Positions 25,016 to 38,900 of a stretch of DNA of 64,000 nt are shown here, piece after piece (within the stretch, counting starts at the first letter, position 1; each line of letters opens with the position of its first letter). The notes under the pieces are model-generated. The model was not told the origin of the DNA. It worked only from the letters and a program-made list of their open reading frames with translations, and did not search any database. A program made the translations under genes and the position numbers. The stretch comes from Nemertoderma westbladi (lineage: Eukaryota; Animalia; Xenacoelomorpha): the NCBI GenBank assembly GCA_032718475.1, contig JAUCBJ010002579.1, forward strand, positions 5,314 through 69,313, read 5' to 3'.

Positions 25016-26782
25016 GGTGGACTCTGAACCAAGGCTGCAAGGTGGAACAAGTGTCAGATACCGTCAGATCAGATCAGATCAGATAAGGACAGACGTTTTA
25101 GCCATCCTAGTATAACTGTAACATAACTGTACACGTACAGCAGTACAGTGCAGCAGTCAGCAGTGGTCCAGGCAGCCAGGTGGCTGGGTCAGCGTCAGTG
25201 GGTGGTCTCTGCAGCTCTGGCTCTGCACTCTGGTCAACTGCCTGGTGGTCACAGGCAGTCCACAGTCAGGGAGTCTGGTGGTTATCGGGTTATGGTTTAC
25301 GTTATGCTTTTATGGTCCAGTATGGGACTGTGGGATGGGGTGGCATTCTGCATTCGCTGAATCGCGTGCCTGCATTCTGCATGCATTGATTGATGCTAAT
25401 GATACTAATAGACTACGGAACTAATACACTATGCACTAATAGTGTAATAAATAGTTGCACCTACCAGCCTACTGTCTGAATTTAAGACTGTAGTCTGTAC
25501 TGCTGTAAGCCTACTTTCAGACATTGTACAGGTTTATATAAATGTAACTAATATGACAATGAAACCTGATGGACTCATTCTTTCAAACAATTTTGTATCA
25601 TAGTGCTGTAGTGTATCTATAAAATATAATCTTGACCAGTTGACCAAATGTCGCCCCATATAATTTATCTAATCATTTACCAACCAGGTCAATCTAATCA
25701 ATCAATACCGGTATACAAATACAGAAATACTACAAAAACCTAGCGAAATACTACAAAAACCTAGCGAAAACCTTCAAAAACCTGCAAAAACCTTCCAAAA
25801 ACCTACAAAAACCTTGCAAAAACCTAAAACCTAAAAATTTTTCTGAAAAACCTATGGTTTTTGCCAGCCCTGGTCACTATGCGCCAGGATCCTTAATCCG
25901 CGCCACACGCCCCTGTCACTACGCGCCAGGACCCTTAATCCGCGCCACACATGTTGAGCAAACTCTACATAAATTCCAACCTGGGCTCCAGCGGCCAGCC
26001 CTCCTCTGTCCTCCTTCTGTCCTTGGCCAGTTGGCTGCTCCTGCTTGGCCTTGCTGTGTGCTGGGTTAGCAGAGCCATAATTGTTATTTTCACTTTAATT
26101 CTTTAGCCCGAGCCCGGACTGCCGGAGACACTTTTTTCAAACGATTGAACTGTTCAAGCTAAAGAATGACAGCGAAAATAAATTTCTGGCTCACCCAGCG
26201 GTAGGCCTACAGCCAGACTGCCCCTTACTGCAGTACTGCTGTACTGATCACCACAATTTTTTATACTGCATTAGGCCTACTTCAGTACCGGTACTGCAGT
26301 ACTGTGTATGTACTAAGGTACTACTGTACTATGTACTGATGTATATCTGTAAATACCTGATATACCAGTATACTGCTGTGCAGTACTGACCAGCTGACTG
26401 TGGACTGAATTGGAAGATTATTGGTACCAATTCTGCAATTTAAAAATCCCGCTCGGATTTACAGAGCAATGGGTTATTTCGATAATTATGATGTTTAATT
26501 TTGAATTTCCGCCAAACAAAGGGATCTGATGTATCAGTCTGTTTTCCCGCCTCGTTTCGTTCTAACATTATTGATAAATCAAGGTAGGTGTTTCAAGATG
26601 TTACCGGTCGGCCTTAAAACTGGGTTTTCCGCTTTTTCAGTTTCAGTTTTATTTATTTATTTCACTAATATCTATACAGTACATACACTATACATAACAT
26701 AAAATTACAATCAAAATTTACGTATTTACAAACAGTTATATTACCTGGAAATAAGTGCCGGAGCATTAAAATATATATGTAA

Positions 26783-27207
26783 GGGGCCGTCCAAGTATGA
26801 CGTCTGCACTTTTCCCCAAAATGTTGACCCCCTCCCTCCACTAAATCAGATGTCATCAGATAGGCGTTGACCCCCCCTCCCCCCCTAAATCAGATTAAAA
26901 AAAAAAATTTGTAATAAACTATTATATTACCACAGTACCGCAGTACCCCAGTAGCACGCGTCCGAATCACTGAAACATGGTGACTGGTAACTGAAACAGA
27001 AGGTCGTGCTACGGGCCTTCGGGGGCTTCGAACAATTAAAATAGGCAAGCTATTTACTCTTCTGCTATATCTCTTCTAGCACCTATAAATGAACATGCTG
27101 ACGTCAGATTTTGGCTGACCCCCTCCCCTCCCCTCATCAGCACTTCATCAGATTTTCCCAACCCCCCTCCCCCCCCTAAAGTGCTGACGTCATACTTGGA
27201 CGGCCCC
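26783..27207. mobile_element. PIF/Harbinger-type MITE
   Basis: TIR GGGGCCGTCCAAGTATGACGTC / GACGTCATACTTGGACGGCCCC flanked by TAA on both sides. Confidence 0.85.
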
Positions 27208-28009
27208 TAATGTGAAATTCAAATTTACTGTAACTACAGTAGGTAATCAACTGAGTTTGTTTTTGTATTATTTATATAGTGAAAAGGGCAATACAGCAAA
27301 ATAGCAAAGCTAGTACGTGGCTGTGTGCCGTTTAGTAGATTATTGACGAACTTAATACAGTACATGTGTTTATTAGAATTACTACCGTATACGTTATATA
27401 TAATTAAATTTAAAGCACCGCGTATAAATATATGAATACATAAAAGTGACGATTCAGCTTATGTACGTAGGCACGACGTTTGAAAGAAAAAGTATACACA
27501 ATGAGACAAGTTAGAAATAAAGTAAACCCAAATTGAAAGAGGATAATGGAATAGACATCACTAATATGCCGATAACGATACCGCAATGAACACTGACCAA
27601 AGCATCAGGCATAGATATGACCCCAGTGGCGCAGCCATAGGGGGGGACGGGGGGGACACGTCCCTCCCACTTTTCAGTTAGGGGGGGACTCCATATCATA
27701 TGTCCCCGGCACTTTTTACACTTTGTATATACAATTTAAAATTCAAATAATCCTAACAAACTCTGATCGGGTATTACAGTATAACTATTAACTCCTAAGT
27801 ACATTTCTATCCTTCCCAACCTTATCGCATATTTCCATACACCATGAACTGTTTTTGCCCTCTGACAATATACAGTAAGTCTTATAATACAAGGTGTATA
27901 TTCATATCCCCACAATTTCGCTTATATTGTTTTCGTTAGAATAACTACTGTAAAACAAATTTATTGATAATTAAATATCAAGTATATCAATTAAATCAAT
28001 ATCAATTAA

Positions 28010-31000
28010 ATATAAAGATAGCATACAGAACTCTGTACTATCTAACGGAGAGAAGCTTAGATTCCTCATCAAGTGTTTGGAAGGACCTCCCAAGTTAATG
28101 GCGTTAAAGTTTATTGGACATCCAGATGGATTAAGACAAGTTTGGGATACATTAAACATCAGGTATGGTAACAAGGATAACATCGCTAAGTATTTGTATG
28201 CAAAATTAGTAGCCCCCAGAAACTTCCTTAGTAGCAGGATTATAGAGTTTTCCGATGAGATTCAGGAGATCTGTAGACAATTGGACTGGTTAGGTAAGTC
28301 TCATGAATATCAGAGTTCCATGGTTATTGGAGCCGTAGTCTCTACTTTACCAAAGGGTGGAGTATGTACACGTTGGGACAAGAAAGTGTTGTATATGAAT
28401 GAGCAGCAACGACGAAGCCCTACCATGGCTGATCTCATGTCCTTCTTAGATGGTGAAGTAAAACTACAACTCATCAAGCAGTCCAGAGAGAAAACATCGG
28501 AAAATAAGGTAAGTGAGAAACCCATTTCTAGGAGAAGAGTAACACCAGTGTGTTACACTGACGACGGCGAAAGCCAAGCTTCTCAAGAAGAGGACAGCAG
28601 AAAAGACACTGACAAATTTTACTACGTTAACAAAACCTCAAAAGACGTAAGTAAATACAAGGCTCGAACCAACGATAGGAGAGAACAGGTTGCCAAGAAC
28701 CCTCCTCAGTCTCCTAACAGAATGCACCGAAGAAAGCCCGAAGAAAGAACGAGAGTGCATCAAGTTACCCAAGGTAAAGTGAGTAACATCAAACCAAACT
28801 GTGCACTGTGCGACGGGCCCCACCGTTTGAGTGCGTGTGCTGAATTTCTAAAGAAATCCCTTGTAGACAGACGTGCAGTCATGTGGGATAAGCGGTTATG
28901 CTATAATTGCCTCAGATCAGGACACCAACGGCGAACCTGTTACTCCGACGTAAAGTGTGCAAAGTGCGGTGCGAAACATCACATCTTGTTACACAGTGAA
29001 TTCGAACGAGACAACTCGAGTCAGGTAAGTGAGCCCGAACTACATGTCCAATTCAGTGATGTAAATGACACTGATCAGGAGTCTGAGATGGAAGGATTCT
29101 ATACTGACAAATTCTCCAACCCCAACGAATCCTGTTACCTAATAAATACCGCAGTGTATCGAGCACTTACTTATGAAAAGGACACCGAAAATGAGTTCCC
29201 CCCAACTACCTTTGACAGACAACCATCTTGGAAAGCTCCAACTTCCAACGTAGGAATCAGAGAATTTCCTGTAGTGCAGGTAAGAGTTCACGGTCCTAAC
29301 AAAAGTTACATAGTGAACGCCCTCCTTGACTCCGGCAGCACAGGAACATTCATCGATCAAGAACTAGCCGAAGATATCTTTGCTGGACAACCCAAATTCC
29401 GGACTAAATTGAATATGTCAGGAATTATGCAGGTTTGGAAATCTACCCTAACGGCAGATTACTATGTAGGTGTGTTGTCCACCCCCCAGGATAAATTAGG
29501 AGCACAAGGTATAAGGTCGGTAAAAATGGTGGCTATAAAGAACTTCGCTACTACCCAAGCAGACCTTTATAATTGGGACGAGGATGAGAGCATCCAACAT
29601 CTTAAGATACCTCGATTCCAGACAGATTATCCTGGAGTGCAAATACTCATCGGCCAGAACGCGCATGAGGCGCTCGAAACATTAGAGAAACGGCCTGCTC
29701 AACCACAGCCACTGCAAACCTATGCGGTAAGAACTAGGGTAGGTTGGTACTTTACTGGCCCTTCCCGCAGAACTCTCGAAGAGAGAATGCCACAAGAACG
29801 AATATACCCAGTAAACGATTGGGAAGTGGAGAGCAGTGAGGTGGACGAACTAACTGAGGGAACACCATACTCCTCAGATAATGACGACATCTACCAACTC
29901 TTCGATGAAGAGAACACAATCGACCTACTTACAGAAAATAAAACTTGGAAAAACCAGGTGAACCTATGTCAACTGATTCGCCCATCGGGACCCATTGTCT
30001 ACAATGACGAACTAAATGATGAAATAGAGCGCTACAACGCTAGAACTCGGGACGAACTCGCCGTACAATTCTTTACTCAAGAATTGGTAGAGCCCAATTC
30101 ATACGATAAGGCCCTATCGATAGAAGAAGAAAGAGCCAAGCAAATCCAGGAAACAACTACACGTTTTTTAAAAGATCAAGGTAGATATGAAATCGGCCTA
30201 CCATTTCGAAAACGAGAACCTAGATTTATAAATAACAGACCCTTGGCAGAGAAAAGAATCGCTCAATTACATCGACGCCTTACGGCTAATGCTTCAGCTA
30301 AAGAAATGTACCAAACTCAGTTGAAGAAATTTATTACAAAGGGATACGCGGAGCGAGTACCGGAAGGAACACCAGTGACTGAGAGAACGTATTACTTAAC
30401 ACATCATTACGTTCCCAAACCCGGTAAACCCCACGAAGTACGAGTCGTATTCGATGGCTCCGCTCTATATATGGGCCAATCCCTCAATTCCGAGTTGTTA
30501 CCAGGACCCAACTTACTCCAATCTTTGTTGGGAATACTTTTAAGATTAAGACAATATTCCATCGCGTTCGCCTCCGATATAGAAGGAATGTTCTTACAAG
30601 TCAAGGCGCTGGATAGAGATAGAGACAGCCTGAGATTTCTGTGGTGGCCTGAAGGAGACCTCAACCAGAAACCGGTAGAGTACTGGATGACCATCCAGGC
30701 TTTTGGGATCATATCAAGCCCTTCCAACGCCTGCTCCGTGGTGCGGACCACTGCGAATGACAACCGAGACGCCTTCTCCAAAGAGGTGATATACAACATC
30801 AAACGTAATATATACATGGACGACAATTTAAAGTCCCTTCCATCAGTAGAAGAAGCCATAGATGTCGCGAAAGGAACGGTAGAGTGTTTGAAAAGAGGTG
30901 GATTTCGACTGACGAAATTCTCCAGCAACTCCCGTGAGTTTCTGGAAGCGATACCGGTAGAAGACCGAGGAACGAAAGACCTAGACTTAATAAAGGACGA

Positions 31001-33715
31001 TCTTCCAGAAACCAAGACGCTTGGCTTGAAGTGGGACACTGAAAGAGATATCCTGTTTTTTCAACTAAAACAGCGAGATAATCCAGTTCGGACCAAACGG
31101 ATTTGTTTAAGTATCCTGAGCACGTATTTCGACCCATTGGGATTTATTAGCCTAGTTATATTGATTGCTCGGAGTTTAGTACAACAAATGTGGCTTGAAA
31201 ACCACTCATGGGACGATCCGCTTAAGGGAGAACTGTTAAAGAAATGGATGAAATGGGAAGATTCTCTACCTGCCATCGAGAGCTTTGTAATTTCCCGTGC
31301 ATATTTTGGTCATGTTCTTCCTACATATTCCTATCAACTCCATGTGTTTGGAGACGCCAGCGACATGGGAATAGGTATAGTAGCATATCTGCGAGTCGAA
31401 ACTCTGGATGGAATCAAAGTCGCCTTGGTTACCTCTAAGGCATTGATTAACAACAAGTTAAAGGTTCCTCAAGCGGAGTTAAAGGCGGCTTTATACGCTA
31501 CAGCCATCGGCCGGAACGTAACAGAACAAATCGACTATCCACTGGAGAAAACTGTTTATTGGACCGACGCTTTACTCGTGTTGGAGTATCTAACCAATGA
31601 AGTCTGTCAGTTCAGCGTTTTTGTTACTAACAGGGTAGCTATTATTCTTAGTCGCACAAAGATAGATCAATGGAGACATTGCCCTGGTACGATTAATCCA
31701 GCCGATATCGCCTCCAGGGGAGCGACTCCACAGGAACTGATAGATACTCCAGACTGGTTGGGTGGACTCGACTTCCTGAGCAAGGAAGAGGATGAATGGC
31801 CTCCTCACCTTACTACGGCGGAGATTAGACAAGCCAAGGGAGCGGAGACAGTCAAACCTAAAACCCGGGCGAGTAAATCGAAGTTATTTAAACCGACGAT
31901 CGATCTATCTGTATTACATACTTCCAGAAATGATGCTTCGGATCCACAATCCCTCGCCACAATTAAGTCTGTTGTGGAAATTAGAGATAGAGATTGGAAA
32001 TCTGGAATACCAGATGTCTCGCAAGGAATCTCAGCCCTGCTGCAGAGAGCAATGCATCACTACAGTTCCTGGAATCGGCTCTGTAAAGCCGTCACATATT
32101 TAAGGAGATGTTTTCATCATCACTACTCCAGGACGAAGACCATTAGTGATACCGCTCCATTGACATCTGCGCAAGTTCATGTTATTAAAAATTTACCCAA
32201 ATATAAGACATCTGACCGGTTTCTCAAGGAGAAAATCAGTTACCAGGAGCATGAAGAAACCAATAAGCAGATACTGAGACTCCTGCAATGCTATGAAGAT
32301 TCCGATAAGTATTTCCTGTTGTTGAGAAATCCGCAGATGCGCTTACGGGATCGCTTCTCTAGCACAATGATAGATGGGTTAATACGTGTTGGAGGAAGGC
32401 TCACCAATGCGCCATTATCCTTTGACACTAAATTCCCCATACTCATTAGAAATCTTGAAGTACAAATCAAGATGATTGTAGATGTTCACAGCAAACTTTA
32501 TCATGCTGGTAGAGAACGAGTTCTTAGCGAAATCCGAACTCGCTATTATTTTTATAAACCCCGTAGAGCTCTGAACCAAGTTCTTAGGAACTGCATACCC
32601 TGTAGGAAAGCATTCAGTAGGCCTTTAACACAGCGAGAGGCAGAATTACCTAGGGAACGAGTAAGCTTCTATGAACCACCTTTTACTAATACTGGTGTAG
32701 ATTTATTTGGCCCTATTGAAGTATATCGTGCTAGGACTATAGTCAAGAGATGGTGTGTCATCTTCGTATGCATGACTTGTAGAGCCATCCATCTCGATAT
32801 GGTGAACGATCTATCTACCAACAGCTTCGTATTAAGTTTACGCCGACAGATCGCTCGCTTCGGGACGAGTAATACCATGAGATCGGATAAGGGAACGAAC
32901 TTCATTGGTGCCAACAACGAAATACAGGCTTACGTGAAGGACTGGAACCAAAGACAGGTGGACGATCAGCTAAGGATAACAGCGTCTAGCTGGACCTTCA
33001 ACGCCGCCGACGCCCCCTGGTGGGGAGGAAGTTGGGAGAGATTAATTAGAAGTGTCAAGACCGCATTTCACTTTATAGTGCCATTCCGTGCGTATCTCAC
33101 CGACGAACTTTTGCGGACATTAATGGAGGAAATAGCTGCCTATCTCAACGAGAGACTGCTTATGCCAGTCTCATCGAGTCCCGATTCCCTGGAAGCGCTA
33201 ACACCCGCGCACTTCCTACTGAAGAAACCTGTAGCCATGCTCCCACGATCGGAGATTTTTTTACCGACGGAGACGAATACTGCGATACGGAGCGATCTCG
33301 AACTTGGCAACTTATGCAGTTGCTATCCCGTCGTTTCGCTGACCATTTCGAGAAACATTATCTGCCCACGCTACAACTTCGAACTAAGTGGTTTGCGCAG
33401 CAAGAAAACGTCAGCGCCAGAGATATGGTGCTTATTGTAGATCCAGACCTCCCACGTAAACGGTGGCAGACAGGTCGTATCATCGAGACTCACATCTCGG
33501 ATGATGGTTTAGTACGCTCGGTAGAACTCGTCGTCATGCGGCGTAACTTCAAGAAGCCAGGCATAATCTTTGAGACGCAACAACTCAACCGCCCAGTTGG
33601 TCGTTTATGTTTACTGGAAAGAGACAGAGAACTCTCCGGAAACTATGGAAGGCAAGACACTCTTCCCACGACCACCTCCCTAATTCCTCAAACATCTAGG
33701 GACTCCCCAACGTGA
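28010..33715 (+). CDS. Bel/Pao element 1 gag-pol polyprotein, 5'-truncated; one frameshift at the T7 run 33256-33262
   Basis: LSNGEKLRFLIKCLEG (gag), three CCHC-type knuckles, LLDSGS protease, YMDD RT, VFGDAS/WTDA/NPADIASRG RNase H, GVDLFGP..SDKGTNF..GGSWERL integrase, C-terminal GRII....S.DGLVRSV...RPVGRLCLLE; no 5' LTR seen. Confidence 0.93.
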
Positions 33716-34258
33716 TACGTCTGGAGTGGGCGCATGACTATATTATTTTATCTATTTTATTATATTTTATATGTGAACATTATTATGTACTTTATTATAA
33801 TCGTTTTTATTCAATTTTATTTAGTAGAAGGTTATTTTAGATTATTTGGTAGATTAGTGCAATATATTAGTGTTTATTACGTAATTACATATATATAATA
33901 TATATTTAGTGTGACGGCGAGAAATAATTTTTTCTCTTTCCTTACTGTCCGTATCATATTATAAATACGAGACTACAGTAAGATGAAATGTCCGTACTTA
34001 TTAAAGTACAATAAAGCCACTACTATATTCAAGTATTGTTGGTAGGCAGAGTATTAGGAATGCAAAGTTCAGATCCTCGTGTCTCGGCTAAACCAAGCTC
34101 TGGGTAGACCTTGGAAACGACTTGCCTCTTCACACTGACATTGCTTCGTGCGATATTGCTCTTCTACCTTATATTAAATAATACATATAGTAGCGTGATG
34201 TCCCTCTAACAGTAGCGTAAAAACGCAAATAAATCTGTTAAACCTTTTGACCATCTGT

Positions 34259-34530
34259 AATTCTAGTCGATTAAGATATCGCGGCACCCACCGATATACT
34301 TGAAAGACAAATTCTAGAATCAGTGGTTAACGTCCCCAGACAAGTTCTGGAATAAATTGGTGCCCATCTTAAATATTAATTTAATATTTGTTAAAATTTT
34401 GTAAAATTCAGATCCTTTAAAATTTCTAGTCGATTAAGATATCGCAGTACTTACCGATACTCTTAAAAGACAATTTTATAGAATTAAGGATCCTAGGTCC
34501 CCAGACATGCTCTGGAATAAAAATTGTGTC
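34259..34530. repeat. Imperfect direct duplication (~165-bp period)
   Basis: TTCTAGTCGATTAAGATATCGC..GTCCCCAGACA..TCTGGAATAAA occurs twice. Confidence 0.7.
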
Positions 34531-35907
34531 AATTTTAACATCAAATAATAAAATTCACGGGAATAAATTTAAATTCATATTTTAAATGAATTTCATAAAT
34601 TGTCATTTTGTGCAATTTATAACATTCCCAAAATTCCATTAATTAATAGATCATGGGAGCGGAGATTCATCCTATTAAGCGTATTAGAGTGCGAGAATCT
34701 CCAACATATAGTCAATAGCCGATAAAATTAATAAAATCATGCATAAAGAGGATATTGACAATTAAAGAATTACTATTAAATAGCATTCCAGATCTGTATG
34801 CATGAGAATTACCCTAATTCTACCGCTAGCTTTCCATAATGTCACCATAGCAACACCCACGCTAGAATTAGAAGCAAGTTAAAAGAACAATAGAAAGCTT
34901 GTCCCATTGCATAGCATAGAGAATACATAGCACACTGTTAGTATCCAAGGATACACAGTAATAACGTGACATTCTGGAAGGCACTGACTAACGGACAAAT
35001 GGCCTGTATGTGTACAATTGGTGACAGTTGTGTGGAATTTGTGCGTTTATAGGTGAATGTTACTGCTAAAGTATGTTTACAGTAGCTAGTCGCAATTGTA
35101 AAAGTAGCCCAACTCTCCTATAGAAAGAACCTAAAGTGGATCCAAGCCTTTGGGACGGACAGTGGAGTGACTTGTGCCGGTTATCGTTGTCGTGCTGTTG
35201 CTACATGTTGGCGTAAACACCGCGACGACGGTACATCGGCGCTGAGAATCCCACTGTCCGGGGGCAAAGAGAAGTAGGCAGCGACGCCCGCTCGCCTAGA
35301 CATAAACTCATTTTGATATTAATAAACTCAGATAGCAGATATGACGGAGTTGATAGAAGATGATCTTGGTATTAGGGAGCGATATACTCTACCTTTACAA
35401 GCATTTGTGGATAGCTTGATACGCGGTGAAGCCGATCCAACCATTACGGAGGACGATGGTCGTTATATCGAACCGCCGATGTCCCAAGAGCAACTTAAGT
35501 TTAAGTTACAAATCAGTTTTAACAGTTAAATAGTTTAACAAATCAACTTAACTTAGTTTGTTAAGTCATTTCCAGTAGGACTAAATAAGTCAAACGACCT
35601 TCACACAAACATTAGAGTTTGATATATTTACAAATAGAGGAGTTCGGTAAAATAATCGGTGTAAGTAGTAGGTAGTGGAAGTATTGGGTCATATTATCTT
35701 CCAAATATAAAAAATACATAAATTTGACTAATACATCAAGTTTCACTCTAGAATGAGAAATACATATTGTTCGTTATTTACAAATGTGACAGTTTTATAA
35801 TGTACTTAATGGTTGACGAACGAGTAACAGTAATTTTATAAAAGGTCAACAAGCTAACGGGTAGGAATCTTATATCATCGCTTTCTCTTGGGATGCTTAG
35901 GGGTGTT

Positions 35908-38900
35908 TCAGATAAATAGCCATTTTCTCTTCCTTGCAGGCGTTTGGGGTGCAGGTAACGCCACGTCATCGCTCGAAACTGTCTCGTTGGGTCTGGGATG
36001 AATGTCTACCGTGTCTGGCGCTGGTGAGGTAGGATGGTTGGTATATGTCCCAGTGGAGGTACTGGGCAAGGATAGGAACTCAACGGGTCTCATTGCGTCC
36101 GAGTCGACAGCCAGTCGATGGATCTCCATTCCAGGAGGAGCAGCTAAGCATTTCTGGATAGCAGCTTGCACTGGTCTGGAGGGGACAGTTTGGGTACAAA
36201 GCCGCCTGGTGGTTGCTTGTCAAGGGACTGGTCTTTCACATTGAGCGTGTTCGTTAAAAAACACGACGCAGTGGAAGCAACTCGGGATGTTCTTCCAGGA
36301 ACTGTGGACCATAAGCTGGGGAGTCTCTAATAAACTTTATTATGTCATATGACGCTATGCGCTCGGGATGTATATCGCGAAGGAAGCGTCGGGCGACACG
36401 AGTGTTTGTACAGGAGGCCACTCAGTTGAGGAGCTCATAACTTGGTAACCAAGCACGCCGATTATCTGTTGCACAGGTAAAGGGGGCAACTGCTTATACA
36501 CCATGGTGAGCTTTCGCCGTGGCGTATTGGGACGCAGTAATCGCGTTAAGATCTATGCATCCTTCCCATGATCGAATATACCTGGTGACATTTGTTTCGT
36601 CTTCAATCTCTATGTCAGAGCCAAAGGTGCAGCTTGGACTACTGTGTCCCTTGAGTTGACAACGCTCGCACTGGGTGGCGAAGATGAAACAGGAAAATAA
36701 GATATGATCATCGTTAACACGGCAATAGGGATAATGAAGTTTGATGCGATTATCAGTAAAGCGCTCACAAAGAACTCCAGGTTGAGTGGGAGCCTTGTGT
36801 GTGCGAAAACCGCAGTGAGCAACGGATGTATTTATATAACAACGCATAGCGGAAACCTCGAACCATGAGCCGCCCGGTCCCGCGATACCAATCAATCAAA
36901 GCGGACTCATTGTCAGGAGTGAGCACGACAGGGGCGGCTACTGAGGTCGCTTCTAGTTGGATTGGTTCATCCGCTTGGTTGGGGACGTCTATAATTTCAG
37001 TTTGTATTTGTCCAATCATGAAGCCAGGTTTAATAAAGGGTCTCTCGATTACTGATTGATAGAGATTGGAAAGACATACGTCTCGGAATATAGCGAAGCC
37101 ACTGCTGGCTAGCCCATCCACTGCGGAGCGGCGGATCAATGTTGCCTGTCTGTCAATGTTGGCGAAGGGAGTTAGGAAACGCCAAAAACATTCAAAGTTC
37201 AGGAATTTACCGAGTTCGTCGAGTTTGGCGAGTTGGGTTCCCAACAACAATTGGTGCGCTCTTAATGTGCAGCTACAGACATCCGCAAGCCATCCAGATA
37301 ATGCTTGGTTCTCAAATATGAGGTATATCGTGAATGAAGGGCGCAAGGGAATGCTCATAAAGGGAAAGCCGTATACAGCGCCAGGGGCGGTGAGCAGTCC
37401 TTGAAAGTAATAAGGCGAATATGAATCACCATAAACTTGGGAATATGTCTCGCGATCGGTTTCTTTAAAGTTCCATCCAAACTCTTGAAACGCAATATGT
37501 CCAGAGGACGTATGGTCAACTCTGCTATACGTATCATACGTCGATACATACACCGAAAGAAGCTGCAGGATTGCGCCCATGGAAGGATGACTTGGGTGTC
37601 GACAAAGGGGTATGGTATGCCATAGACTATAGGAAAATCGTCGGTTAAATCCGGATATATGGCCGAATCTGAGTTTATAAACCGATTCTTCCAGGAGAAT
37701 ATCCCATACGGGTTGCAGCAATAATGTTGCATCTATGCCCATGGCCGGGTGATGGTTCGTGTCATTGACATAAGCCTCCGCTGTAACGAACTGTTGATGT
37801 CCCGCACGACATTAGTAGGCTGTCAAGGCTGGGAAAACGCTGTTTGTGCCGCGACAAGTATGCATGAAAACATGCGTGGCACCTACTACTACTAGGATCG
37901 GCATGCTGCATTGCAGCTGCATTTTTAAGAATGCCGTGCCGGCTTGTCAACAAAATTGCACCACCACAACTCCCTATCAGCCATGACATTTGCTAGATCA
38001 TCCGCATCTTTAAGGCCAGTGTCCTTTAAGATGCGTCTCAAGAAAGTCATGGCTGTCCACCATGCTTATTCACTCCATGAGGCTGCCAAAGTACAATATT
38101 ATGCACTGGCTGGTCCTCACGGCGAAAGCAATGTCCTGCAAAGCGGAGGCGATTTTGTTCTAGTGTCAAGCTTGGGGGAACCAATGAGACACCTCCAATG
38201 TTATATAGTGTCTGGTTGGAGATGTGTGCATTGTACTTGACACAATGAACCCGGCGTAGCATTCTTGTGAATGTGCCATCCAGAGATTTGGTGTCCTCAG
38301 TAGTTAGAGCCCAGCATGGACTCCCGTAGAGGAGTACTGGAACTACTGCTGCTCTAAATAATCGGACCTTAAGTTTCCGATTAATTCTCGGTGACTTCCA
38401 AATCCTGGAAAGCCAATTCAAGGCTGCCCATGCCTTTCCCTTACGTATTCGAAGGTCCTCACCTGACTTCCGGATCCATGATCCCAGGTACACAGAAGTC
38501 GTCCACATGCTCAAGCATACCATCCTTTGAGCTTATGCTCATCCGATCAGAGACTTGCTGAGGACTTTCAAAGTTAACTGTCAGAATTTTGGTCTTTCTG
38601 GAGTTAATAAAAAGACCAACACTAGAAGCAGCATGTTCTAATGAGCTGAGGAGCCGTTGGGCTCCCTCTAATGATTCTGAGAGTACTCCTAAGTCATCAG
38701 CAAAGTCTAGATCAGTTAGGTACTTGGCAGGATTTCCTCGACTTCTGGAGCCAGTAGGTGGAGTTATCATCACCCCATCATCATTATAATGATCTAAGGA
38801 CATGCGTAGAACATAGTCAACCACAATAATGAACAAGAATGGTGCAAGTGTGTCTCCTTGGAGGACGCCCCATAACACTCCAAATGGTTCTGTGTCACCG

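Larger units (their letters stand above)
23220..25872. mobile_element. Nested hAT-type non-autonomous element, 8-bp TSD GTCACTAT
   Basis: TIR CAGGGCTGGCAAA / TTTGCCAGCCCTG; AGGTTTTT/AAAAACCT subterminal arrays; internal ~40-bp inverted repeat 23538-23580 / 25054-25100. Confidence 0.85.
22359..25984 (+). mobile_element. Non-autonomous DNA transposon, copy B, 8-bp TSD GCTCCAGC
   Basis: Same termini as copy A; TSD at 22351-22358 and 25985-25992. Confidence 0.85.

Noticed and set aside
33735-34200. Defined 3' LTR of element 1
   Set aside because: The position is plausible but there is no second copy in the window to fix its boundaries
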